55,485 bases of DNA from positions 1 through 55,485 of the forward strand of contig DAVZHM010000001.1 in the NCBI GenBank assembly GCA_052273845.1, read 5' to 3'. Under the pieces are notes generated by a model, which searched no databases, had not been told where the DNA came from, and saw nothing but the letters and a program-made list of their open reading frames with translations. Positions 17,901 through 26,444 of the stretch are shown here, one piece after another. This DNA is from Candidatus Fimenecus sp. (GTDB taxonomy: Bacteria; Bacillota; Clostridia; Oscillospirales; Acutalibacteraceae). Position numbers and translations under genes: made by a program. Each line of letters starts with the position of its first letter. The first letter of the stretch is position 1.

Positions 17901-18925
17901 TTCGCGGCGACATCTACGGTAAAAAAATAGATGATGACGGATTTGAGGTCTGCGGTGCGCTGATGGGCTTGTTCCGTCCTGATGAAACAGAGTATATCGA
18001 AGAAAATGCGCTGATGACTTGTTCTTCAAATGAAATCGGCGTATTCGGCTTCTTAAATGTCCCTTACGGTAATTACAAAGTGCGAGAAATTAAGCCACCT
18101 GAAGGGTTTAATCTGAATGAGAATGTTTACTCCGTTGAGATAGCCGAAAACGGACAGATTGTGGAAGTCGAAGTTGAAAACCGCTTTATTACGGGCACAG
18201 TAATGCTCATTAAGGCGGACAGCCTTGAAAACGATATTTTTCTCTCAGGATTTGTATTTGAAGTTTATGTTGATGTGGACGAAAACGGCGAATTTAATCC
18301 TGGCGTCGACAAATTAGTTGATACCCTAAAAGAGAGTTCACAAGGCACATACAGCTTAACAGGGCTTCGTTATAACGGGTATTTTTTACACGAGGCTAAC
18401 CAGAGCGGCAAGGGATACTTATTGGATGACGGTTACTATTATTTTGAAATCCGCGAGGATGGCGAAACAGTTACCATTTCCAATTCGGATAACGGGTTAT
18501 TTGTTAATACTCCGTTGCTCGGCAGTTTGGTTATAACAAAAGCCGATGTGTCAGACGGTAAACTGCTCCCGAATGTAGGCTTCCGCATCCGCAATGAGCA
18601 GGGTGAGATTATCCGTGAAGGCTATACCGATGAAAACGGTGTAGCACGCTTCGACAATCTGCGCTATGGAAAATATACTTGTCAGGAATTCGATGCGGCG
18701 GACGGTTATCAGCTCGATGAGACGGAATACCCGTTCGAGATTACGCAAAACAGAGAAATTGTTATGGTGACAATGACCAACGAAAAAATCCCCGTAGAAA
18801 TTCCGAAAACCGGCGGCGAAATCTTAGCCGGCAGTTCTTTGGTGGCTGCGACCGTGCTTGCCACGACGATTTGGATTGCATTTGCGAAGAAATCGCGGAA
18901 AAAGAAAGCATTTAAGACTTTGTGA
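14960..18925 (+). CDS. Sortase-anchored surface adhesin with a probable N-terminal thioester (TQXA-like) domain plus multiple Cna-B/SpaA-type repeats
   Basis: There is a signal peptide. CYCIEPG and ATQILIHEV resemble thioester-domain motifs. A repeated G-x-Y-x-(V/L)-x-E-x-x-(A/P)-P-x-G-Y module recurs. The C-terminus IPKTGG, a hydrophobic helix and KKSRKKK form a sorting signal. Confidence 0.8.
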   Translation: MKQQMKRTTKRCFAVLLAMLMLFSCFSTVISAADWSGEVYIINYPRSADPNKSGWGHPDLYLMDGWYMKASDKMVMRSIDGYEGPTCYCIEPGISQHTGDTLTQHGENYWAKHPGNSTIERDVIQSLIGRILQYGWTGNNSLNWITTDPAAANELAQAKATQILIHEVIVGERRADFSKVNAHDYGCNNAAEQVTADCPIYAQIMEHYFRIEAAVKQHMLQPNFGGSEFELSYNNGTYSVTLTDQNNVLGKYDFSSNADVSIQKNGNQLTISTTNPTSKSIQVMGKSVGLKTRAFVVWSDGTTGKDNNGQIQDQIQYGAEVDDPLAMVRLTLKVATGNVKIVKGSEDGQVAGIDFHLEGAGVNTDVTTNANGEIQVDGLRGGEQVTITEKPKDKYVQPKSQTVTVLPGQTTSVYFSNILKKFTVSVQKQDSATGTAQGDATLKNAVYGIYDGDTLVDTYTTDENGSFTSKEYICGENWMLKELTPSEGYLLDETVHHIGAEPGNFTIEHNPISMTVTEDVKLGQIAIIKHNDNGDTQIETPEVGAEFEVYLKSVGSYAAANDRERDLMVTDDYGFDQSKKLPYGIYTVHQTKGNEGTAFIPDFYVVINEHGETYRYIINNATFESYLKFTKTDAETGKTIPLAGTGVQLYDPAGNLITMSFTYPTPTTVDTFYTDSEGKLVTPEKLPYGKGYSAVEVKAPYGYVLDSTPVYFDVTPETMQEDGGITVVMISKSDMAQKGTIDIKKLGEVFSSVTEENGVYQPVFALANNKGAEFRITAAEDIVTPDGTIRAAAGTVVDNLVIGNGVAKSKPLYLGKYFVEETKAAHGMVLDTAVYEVTLAYAGQNVSVTTAAITVTNARQKAIIDLKKVLEQDEMFGIGTNGEIGKVQFALYATENLTAADGSVIPKDGLLEILSLNEDGTATFHTDLPVGAKTYVKEYSTDEHYVLSDKIYPVVFECAGQNTAIVQLHINNGEAVGNTLIRGDIYGKKIDDDGFEVCGALMGLFRPDETEYIEENALMTCSSNEIGVFGFLNVPYGNYKVREIKPPEGFNLNENVYSVEIAENGQIVEVEVENRFITGTVMLIKADSLENDIFLSGFVFEVYVDVDENGEFNPGVDKLVDTLKESSQGTYSLTGLRYNGYFLHEANQSGKGYLLDDGYYYFEIREDGETVTISNSDNGLFVNTPLLGSLVITKADVSDGKLLPNVGFRIRNEQGEIIREGYTDENGVARFDNLRYGKYTCQEFDAADGYQLDETEYPFEITQNREIVMVTMTNEKIPVEIPKTGGEILAGSSLVAATVLATTIWIAFAKKSRKKKAFKTL

Positions 18926-18959
18926 CACGGTGTCATAAAGTCAGAAAGGAGTTTTTTCA

Positions 18960-21900
18960 ATGAAATCTTTAAAGATATTCACATTGGCATTGCTTGTGTG
19001 CGGAATTTTGGTAACATCTATGCCGCTTGCCACATTTGCAGCCAATGAAGTGAATGTCACAATTCCGAACTTACCCGAATTACCGAATGTGCTTGCGATG
19101 TTGGGCGAAAGCGCGCCACCGGCGGCAGAAGAAAATTACGACTTCATTGTTGATACCACAGAACCCTACACCATAAGACAAAACGGCACTTACTTAGTCA
19201 AAAATGTTGACAACCTTGCTATTCAAGACGGCATTTGTGCCTACCTTGGCGTGCAAGATACAAGCATTACATATGTTTCCTGCGCTGCGAATACAAATGT
19301 TGAATTTCACGCTTTGCAGAATGTCTCGTTCGGCGGCACAGCTTTTGGGAACGAGAAACTATATTTACGGTTTAATACGTGTAAAAATATTGTTTTTTCT
19401 ACCGAAGAAACCGCAGAGATTGATTTTAAAATGCCACTCTACGGTACAGATGCATCGGCTCTGTGGTTTTTGGGCAACATAGTCGTTTCGGTGACAGCTC
19501 CGACGACAAGTGGATGGGCAAAGGATGATTGGCCTGAGTGGGATATGATATCCGGTTTTTCTTCGGTTAGTTTTTACAACAGCACAGCATCTCTGAAGCC
19601 AAAAATATCGTATTGTAAGAAAGTTAGCGGCGACATTCGCACGGACAACCTGTACCTTAACAACAGTCAACTGGATTATTCGATCGACGGTTATTCAGAA
19701 GAGGCGACCGATTATTTAGTGGTAACAAATGATATTGTGATGAAGGACAGCACCTTCAACTTGAAAAACCCTTATATACAAATGACCGCGAAAAACTGTT
19801 ATGTTGATACATCGAAATTAACCGTTTGGAGCGCGATGAGGTTGAATGCTTTGATGTGTAAAAACGCACAACTCTATTTCAGAGACAGCGTTACAGCGCA
19901 AAAAATACATTTACAGTCATCGCCGACAAACGCGTTTGTAAAAGACGGTGATTTACTGTTTTATACTTCGGAACTGCGCGTTTCGGAAGATACAATAATC
20001 AATTATTGGTCGGGCGTAAAGAAATCTACTGTACCCAAAAATGTAATTGCATCTGACGCATTAGATGTAAATACAAGCGTTTTTTCGCCTGATGATTTCT
20101 TTACAACAAACCTGTCCTACAACCATTATCCGACTGATGGAAAATTCGACAATGTTTTTGTCTGTGACAACGGTATTTTCTTAATCCCTTTTCCCGGTGA
20201 ACAACTTAACGAGAATGTTAATTTCGATGACGGCTTTTTCGCGACAAATGACCCGCGACTGCACAATACAGCGTTTTATATTTTCCAAGTCTTGGATGCT
20301 ATGGCGCTCGTTGAAGCCACAAAAAATTTTGATGCAGAACACGGAAAGAATGTTGTCGCTGTAGCATTTGGATATAGCACCTTGGAGGACGCCTTATTAC
20401 ATCTCGAAGATGTATGCAGTCAGGTAGGCTGTACGAAAGAAGACTTCTTTTATCAGTCTGTGGCGGAATGCCTGGAAAAACTGATGCAATACGACGGTGT
20501 AACCTTTACGAGTAGTGACTGCGTTGCAGCGTGCCGAAAGTCTGCCGAAGAAATCAAAAACACTTACTTGAACACAGGAGACAAAGTAAATAATGTCACG
20601 GAGTGGAAAAGCGGAAAGAGTACATATTACTACAATGAAGGTAGTCTTGTGAACCGATACCTTGAAATGCTATATTTCGTTGAACAGGTATGTACGAATG
20701 ATGCCTATACGGATTTCTACACTTTGGAAGGCTTTAAACGGTATCTCTATTTGCAAAACTTACTTTCTTTGGGCGGTGTACGGTACTCATTTAAAGATTA
20801 CGGCGGTGCTAAAGAATATGAAACATTCGGAATAACCCCGCTCAGCTACAATGACGGCAGCGGTGTTTATCAAATGAAATTTACCTATGGTCAGCATTAC
20901 GCCGATACACAAAAGGTGCGTTCTCTTGCGGTTGGACAACGCGGTTATACATCTAATTATCGCCGTGCAATGTATTATTTGCCGGAAGGCGGCACTTTAA
21001 AAACCGATGGCGTTGCCATCCGCAATTTCCCCGGCGGCTTCGATTTGCAAGATGTTTTGCAGCACGCACCTAAAGATAAAGTCGTTACGGGATATAAATA
21101 TAATATTCTTGACGAATCGGGCACACAAAAAACGACGGAAAATATTGAGGATTTTGTTTTTGCCGAAGAAGACTTGTTTGAACAGCTTATCAATTTTACG
21201 ACTGAAGGAAAATATTGTACTCTTCGGTACGATACAAACGGACTCGGCACAATAAGGCGTGCGAATCAGTCCGATGAACAGACTTATGACACTTTGGATT
21301 CCCTTGTCCCATACGGTTATTCCCCAGTATACGCAGAGAATAATGAGTTATCTCTTCCGGGACTCGCACCCGACGGACACCAAAACAGAACAGATGGGCA
21401 AACATTGGTTCACTCGACTTGGAATCAAGCTGCGTCGGTGGGAAATGGCTATTATTTTGAACCTTCTGACAATACGAAAAAAATCTCCGGTTGGTTAGAC
21501 GCCAACGGAAATCCATACGATTTCAGCACCCCTATGACTACAGATGCTTATGTTACTTTAACCCCGGTTTTGGTTGACAAAGGCTCTGTGACAGGTACGA
21601 TGACGGTGCGCATTGCCACGGAGGACAATTCCACCGAGGATTTTGCATATGCGTTTACACAACCGATGGATAAGCCGCCTGTAAGCGCCCTTCAGCTTGT
21701 TGATATTGGCTCTGGGGTCATTGTTGCAAACTATACCGGAAACAGTACTTCCGTGTATATACCGTATAGCGGATATAATATGGCATATGCGTTGGGACGC
21801 CGATTTCCCGGTACAGAAACCAACGGCATGACAGAATTTACCGATTTCCCGGATTTGGAGGCTGTCAACCCGATACAACGCTTAAAAGTCGAAAACGGAT

Positions 21901-23834
21901 ACGACGCTGTTGGTGTATATGCGAATTCGGAGTCTTTCTCAGCATATCTTCCGAGTTCGGTTAATCAATTTATTATGTTTGACGCGAGGCGTCAAGAGAT
22001 TACGCCCGCTCAATGCACAATTTACTATTCCTACGGCGGCAACTGTAAAACGATGATTTTAGACGATATTTCCAGCAATCGTTTAACAGCAGAGGAAGTT
22101 GCCAAAAAGTATTGTCACTTTTGTGACGATGACTTAAATCCGCTTTCAGCAACCGCGCAAACCCAGACGCTCGCGCAATTGCTGTCAGATGCAGGGTTAA
22201 GCCCTGTGGGAATTGTTCCATTGGAACTACTCACCCCGCATACGGACGAAAATGATTGGGCGGTAAACCCGAATGATGCCACGGAGATTATAGAGTATAC
22301 CGGTGCGGATTATGCATATATCGGTATTCCCGCCGTAATTAACGGCGTTGAAATTAAGAAGGTTAGAGCGACTGCTTTGCCGGGAAGAATAAATGTGACT
22401 GGGTATTATGTCCCCGCAACTATAACGAACATCACAGCCGGTTATTTGGACGCGATGCGCTCAATGGATTCAACATATAGCGGAAGCGTAATCGGTACTG
22501 ATGATATGAGCATCTTTTCTACGTTGTCTAATGCATATGTTGTTGTTGACGAACAGAACCCCAATTACAGTTCGTACAAAGGCAGTTTGTATAACAAGCA
22601 AAAAGATTATCTTTACTATCTCGGCGGCGGAACGGACAAAACCACCGTCTTGCCGAGCGTGAAAGCCTTTTCAGCATTTGCTTTGGGTGCCAACAGCACA
22701 ATGCCGTATCCCGCCGGAAACCCCGTAAATAAGATGACCTTCTTAGGCACAGAGCCTGTACGGTTTAATGAGGTGACTATCGCCGAAGACACTTTCTCTA
22801 TGTATTTCGGTGGCTTTATAATCACCGATTCCGCATCGGGAGAAAAAGCAATCAGCCCGATAAACTTCGTATGCGCCGAGAACAGTCCCTTCCATAACGC
22901 GTGGCTTACGCAAGTCCAGCAATGGCTTGACTCGCAAGGTATCACGGACACAACGGCTCAAGAAGGCGCGGAATTTTTCCTCACTTTGGTTGATCCGAAT
23001 ACATACGAAGATCCGAACCTGTCAGACTCGTTTACGATTCAAGAGGATACCGGCGACACTACAAAAGGCTATATCAACATAAACAGTCCGTTTCAAAAGC
23101 AGATGCACACCACAGACAATACGGATTATGTGTTTGAACTGATTGGTTCGTTGCCGGAAAGATATATCACGCCGACGGTTACAGAGTATGTATTAAATCC
23201 GTCTGTGGCAATGGAAGATATTACAATCCATCTTCGATTGAAACGCGGAACGCTCAACATAACAACGATGAATGTTGTCGGCGATGCACCCATTCAAGGT
23301 GTGGTCTATGAAATTGAAAACACAGAAACAGGGGAAGTGTACACAACGGAGGCATCCGATGCCGCAGGGCAGGTTGTTTTTGATGATTTGATATACGGGA
23401 ATTATACCGTTGTTCAAAAATCGTGTCCGAGCGGATGGAAGTTAAATACGGAGATAAAGACTTTCTCTGTGACTGAGGATGGTCAGGTCATAAGCCTTAC
23501 ATTTACAAACGAAAGGGCAACGCTTTACTCTGTAAGAATTCCGAAAACAATTGTTTTGGACGGGAATACAGGGCATTGTGCATACAGCGTTGGGGTAAAA
23601 GGCATCCTCGCGGAAGGACAGGCTGTTACTATTACTCCCGAAGCGACATTTTTGCTTAACCAAGACGGAAAAGACGCTGTTGTTGCGTCGGTCTTGCAGA
23701 ATAAGACATCGTGGATTGGCGCCGATTTGTCTGAAGGTGCGTGGGCAATCACTGCGGGGACGGTCGATGCGACCTTAACCGCCGGCGTTTGGAAAGGCAT
23801 ATGGCAGTTTACTATTTCGATTGGTTTAGTGTAA
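18960..23834 (+). CDS. Giant secreted protein (1624 aa) with BspA-like leucine-rich-repeat segments, one Cna-B-like domain and a C-terminal domain shared with the 24858 gene product
   Basis: There is a signal peptide ending TFAANE. A Cna-B-like block reads YGNYTVVQKSCPSGW. The C-terminal ~105 aa is alignable to 24858-25463. No sorting signal is present. Confidence 0.7.
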   Translation: MKSLKIFTLALLVCGILVTSMPLATFAANEVNVTIPNLPELPNVLAMLGESAPPAAEENYDFIVDTTEPYTIRQNGTYLVKNVDNLAIQDGICAYLGVQDTSITYVSCAANTNVEFHALQNVSFGGTAFGNEKLYLRFNTCKNIVFSTEETAEIDFKMPLYGTDASALWFLGNIVVSVTAPTTSGWAKDDWPEWDMISGFSSVSFYNSTASLKPKISYCKKVSGDIRTDNLYLNNSQLDYSIDGYSEEATDYLVVTNDIVMKDSTFNLKNPYIQMTAKNCYVDTSKLTVWSAMRLNALMCKNAQLYFRDSVTAQKIHLQSSPTNAFVKDGDLLFYTSELRVSEDTIINYWSGVKKSTVPKNVIASDALDVNTSVFSPDDFFTTNLSYNHYPTDGKFDNVFVCDNGIFLIPFPGEQLNENVNFDDGFFATNDPRLHNTAFYIFQVLDAMALVEATKNFDAEHGKNVVAVAFGYSTLEDALLHLEDVCSQVGCTKEDFFYQSVAECLEKLMQYDGVTFTSSDCVAACRKSAEEIKNTYLNTGDKVNNVTEWKSGKSTYYYNEGSLVNRYLEMLYFVEQVCTNDAYTDFYTLEGFKRYLYLQNLLSLGGVRYSFKDYGGAKEYETFGITPLSYNDGSGVYQMKFTYGQHYADTQKVRSLAVGQRGYTSNYRRAMYYLPEGGTLKTDGVAIRNFPGGFDLQDVLQHAPKDKVVTGYKYNILDESGTQKTTENIEDFVFAEEDLFEQLINFTTEGKYCTLRYDTNGLGTIRRANQSDEQTYDTLDSLVPYGYSPVYAENNELSLPGLAPDGHQNRTDGQTLVHSTWNQAASVGNGYYFEPSDNTKKISGWLDANGNPYDFSTPMTTDAYVTLTPVLVDKGSVTGTMTVRIATEDNSTEDFAYAFTQPMDKPPVSALQLVDIGSGVIVANYTGNSTSVYIPYSGYNMAYALGRRFPGTETNGMTEFTDFPDLEAVNPIQRLKVENGYDAVGVYANSESFSAYLPSSVNQFIMFDARRQEITPAQCTIYYSYGGNCKTMILDDISSNRLTAEEVAKKYCHFCDDDLNPLSATAQTQTLAQLLSDAGLSPVGIVPLELLTPHTDENDWAVNPNDATEIIEYTGADYAYIGIPAVINGVEIKKVRATALPGRINVTGYYVPATITNITAGYLDAMRSMDSTYSGSVIGTDDMSIFSTLSNAYVVVDEQNPNYSSYKGSLYNKQKDYLYYLGGGTDKTTVLPSVKAFSAFALGANSTMPYPAGNPVNKMTFLGTEPVRFNEVTIAEDTFSMYFGGFIITDSASGEKAISPINFVCAENSPFHNAWLTQVQQWLDSQGITDTTAQEGAEFFLTLVDPNTYEDPNLSDSFTIQEDTGDTTKGYININSPFQKQMHTTDNTDYVFELIGSLPERYITPTVTEYVLNPSVAMEDITIHLRLKRGTLNITTMNVVGDAPIQGVVYEIENTETGEVYTTEASDAAGQVVFDDLIYGNYTVVQKSCPSGWKLNTEIKTFSVTEDGQVISLTFTNERATLYSVRIPKTIVLDGNTGHCAYSVGVKGILAEGQAVTITPEATFLLNQDGKDAVVASVLQNKTSWIGADLSEGAWAITAGTVDATLTAGVWKGIWQFTISIGLV

Positions 23835-23849
23835 AGGAGAGATGAAACT

Positions 23850-24764
23850 ATGACAAAATACTTTCACACAGCTCTCCGAGGAGAGCATAAAACATTTACG
23901 ATTAAGAATAAGGATGAGAAAAGGAAATATGTAATTGACTATTTCTCTTGCAAGCAGTTCCGTAATTTGGAAAAGACGGGAGAGGCAGAAAAAACAGAAA
24001 ATGATTCCGAACCTAATATTCTCGGCTATTGTAAGCTGCGTCGTCTGAAAAAGGACGACAAGCCGCAAGAACGCGTTTTTTGTGCGGCAAATCAGGAATA
24101 TGCTGTTTCATCAAAGAAATCGCTCTTTCAACGCAAGATAGGCTATATTCGCGTGATTTCGGAATCAGAGGTGCAATCTTTCAGCGCGGACGGTTCGGCT
24201 GTCCCGCAAACCGAAAAAAAACCGTTTACTTATCTGGTTTGCATGAGATTTTCGTGCCTGCCTTTGCTCTTGCTACTTCCGCTTTTCTTACTGCTTTTTC
24301 TCGGGATTCTTAGAGGTTGTGAAAACAATGCAGTTGTTCCGTCGCCGCAACCGGTTATCCAAGTGCCTCAAACCACCACAGAAGTGTTTTCGCTTCCTAT
24401 TGAAGAAGACGCTGAAGATTGGGACGGAACTGTTCCTTCTGATGATTCGGTTGCAGGCTCTTCCGAAGATATTGAGATTGTCGGATACGAACGCATTACG
24501 GTCACAAAAGAAAACCCGTATGTGCAGCTGATTAACCCTACGGGCAATACCGTTTATTTCAAATATGCGATAATGTCGCCCGACAAGCAAAAAGTCGTTA
24601 TGACAACAAACCTCATTCCGCCCGGCAAATATGTTCAATGGAATGCACGGGAGGGGTTATTACCCGGTGAATATGATGTACCTTTGCTTTTGTCTACCTA
24701 TGATTTGGCGACACAAGCACCTTGTAACGGGGCAAATTTGAATATTCACATCACCGTTCAATAA
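23850..24764 (+). CDS. Hypothetical single-pass membrane protein
   Basis: AAAGGAG lies upstream. A central hydrophobic helix reads CLPLLLLLPLFLLLFLGIL. Confidence 0.6.
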   Translation: MTKYFHTALRGEHKTFTIKNKDEKRKYVIDYFSCKQFRNLEKTGEAEKTENDSEPNILGYCKLRRLKKDDKPQERVFCAANQEYAVSSKKSLFQRKIGYIRVISESEVQSFSADGSAVPQTEKKPFTYLVCMRFSCLPLLLLLPLFLLLFLGILRGCENNAVVPSPQPVIQVPQTTTEVFSLPIEEDAEDWDGTVPSDDSVAGSSEDIEIVGYERITVTKENPYVQLINPTGNTVYFKYAIMSPDKQKVVMTTNLIPPGKYVQWNAREGLLPGEYDVPLLLSTYDLATQAPCNGANLNIHITVQ

Positions 24765-24857
24765 ATGTTCGGTCAATACCCAGTCAATATCCGGACGCTG
24801 AAAGGGACAAATAACCGGATATAAATATATATACAACTAATTAAGGAGTGTTTAAAA

Positions 24858-25463
24858 ATGAATAAAACAAGTAAAAAAATCTTATCCGCCATTATGTGCA
24901 TTGCGTTGCTGACGCTTTGCGCTACAAACGCCTTTGCCGCTGACCTGAGTAATTCGGTCGGCTCGCCCGCAACGGACTTTTCCGCAGCTGATGTTGTCGG
25001 CTCGGATGCAACGCAGGACAAAACATCGGAATATGTTGACGCTGTGACAGATTCAACGGCGACTGCAGAAACAAAAAATGCAACCGTTAATGTTTACGCT
25101 ACCCAAGCCTCTACTTATTCCGTAAAAATCCCGAAGACCGTTGTTCTCAACGGTGCAGACGGTAGCGGTGCATACCGCATCGGCGTAAAAGGCAATATCG
25201 CAGGCAACCAGACGATTACCGTTGCTCCTGTTGACAAGGATGCAGAGAAAGAGGGCGTTAACTTCTCCCTTGCAGAACAGGGTACAGTTTCACAGAAATC
25301 CAATATCACAGCATCTATTGAACAAGCAAAAACGGCGTTCGTTCAGTCTGAAATCTCTGCAACTGATTGGACTACTACGGATGCAACCATTTCTGCACCG
25401 GCGATTACCGCAGGTGCGTGGACTGGAACATTCGACTTCAACATTTCAATCACAGCAGCTTAA
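24858..25463 (+). CDS. Secreted protein homologous to the C-terminus of the 1624-aa protein
   Basis: A signal peptide is present. YSVKIPKTVVLNG..YRIGVKG..AGAWTGTFDFNISI parallels YSVRIPKTIVLDG..YSVGVKG..AGVWKGIWQFTISI. Confidence 0.7.
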   Translation: MNKTSKKILSAIMCIALLTLCATNAFAADLSNSVGSPATDFSAADVVGSDATQDKTSEYVDAVTDSTATAETKNATVNVYATQASTYSVKIPKTVVLNGADGSGAYRIGVKGNIAGNQTITVAPVDKDAEKEGVNFSLAEQGTVSQKSNITASIEQAKTAFVQSEISATDWTTTDATISAPAITAGAWTGTFDFNISITAA

Positions 25464-25497
25464 TCAAAAAAATCAGTCCCTTTCAGCAAAATTATAG

Positions 25498-25531
25498 GGT
25501 GGCGTTCTCAAAGTGGAACGCCACCTTTTTT
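25498..25531 (+). terminator. Intrinsic terminator ending the surface-protein operon
   Basis: The hairpin is GGTGGCGTTC-loop-GAACGCCACC, followed by TTTTTT. Confidence 0.8.
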
Positions 25532-25633
25532 ATAAGTCTTTTTGGATATTGCTTTCTAAAAACATAGAAGAATATAATGTTCAGGCACCTTTCAAAACAC
25601 GAAACGATTTGATGCGATAAAAGGAGTATTGAT

Positions 25634-26377
25634 ATGGCAATTAGCACAGAGCGCGAACAGCACTTACGGGATAGTTTCTTTGCGGAAACCAATGATCCCG
25701 AAACACAAGAGTGGCGCGAAGACCTTACAGCTGAAGAAACTGCAATGGTAGAAACCTGGGATGAAAAATTCGATACAGGCATTTCAAAAATGGCATCGGA
25801 TTCTTTACGAATTCAAAAGCGGAACAAACTTATTTCGGAATGCAGAGATTTTGGTATTGAATACGCGCCTGACAATCCGCTTTGTCAAACATTTGAAAAC
25901 ATTACCCAAAAGACCTCATATAATTCTTTTAAAATATGGGCGCTGAAGCTTCCTACGGATAACCCCGATCTCCAAGATTGTGAAAGAGATACGGCATTAC
26001 GCATCTCAGACTTATCTCCTGATGAACTCAAGCGTGAATATTTAATATTCAATCAAGTGTATTGGCTCAGCGGAGAACATATGAAGTGTGATGATCCGAA
26101 TTTCACTTTTGCAACAATTCATACCCCTGCTATGGAAAAACTAAATAACAGCCTTCCGGCATATAAAGCCGCCAATCGCCAATATGACTTTGATGATTTC
26201 GGTCAAGAATATAACCACTACTTGGGCTTCAGGGGCACTCTGCGCCGCGCTGAAAAATACGGCGTAGATACATCCGAATTTAAAAAATTTGTTGCCAAAA
26301 CTTACCAGCAGTCTCTAACACCTGAAATCCAAGAGCCTAAAAAGTCAGAACATAAAAAAGATAATCTTTGTATATAA
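25634..26377 (+). CDS. Hypothetical protein
   Basis: It is a 247-aa ORF with AAAAGGAG upstream. Confidence 0.6.
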   Translation: MAISTEREQHLRDSFFAETNDPETQEWREDLTAEETAMVETWDEKFDTGISKMASDSLRIQKRNKLISECRDFGIEYAPDNPLCQTFENITQKTSYNSFKIWALKLPTDNPDLQDCERDTALRISDLSPDELKREYLIFNQVYWLSGEHMKCDDPNFTFATIHTPAMEKLNNSLPAYKAANRQYDFDDFGQEYNHYLGFRGTLRRAEKYGVDTSEFKKFVAKTYQQSLTPEIQEPKKSEHKKDNLCI

Positions 26378-26444
26378 TTCGGATGCAACATAAAGAGAAT
26401 AAACTGAAAAATAAAGAAAAAGAGCATTAGGAGGTGTTCTTCTT

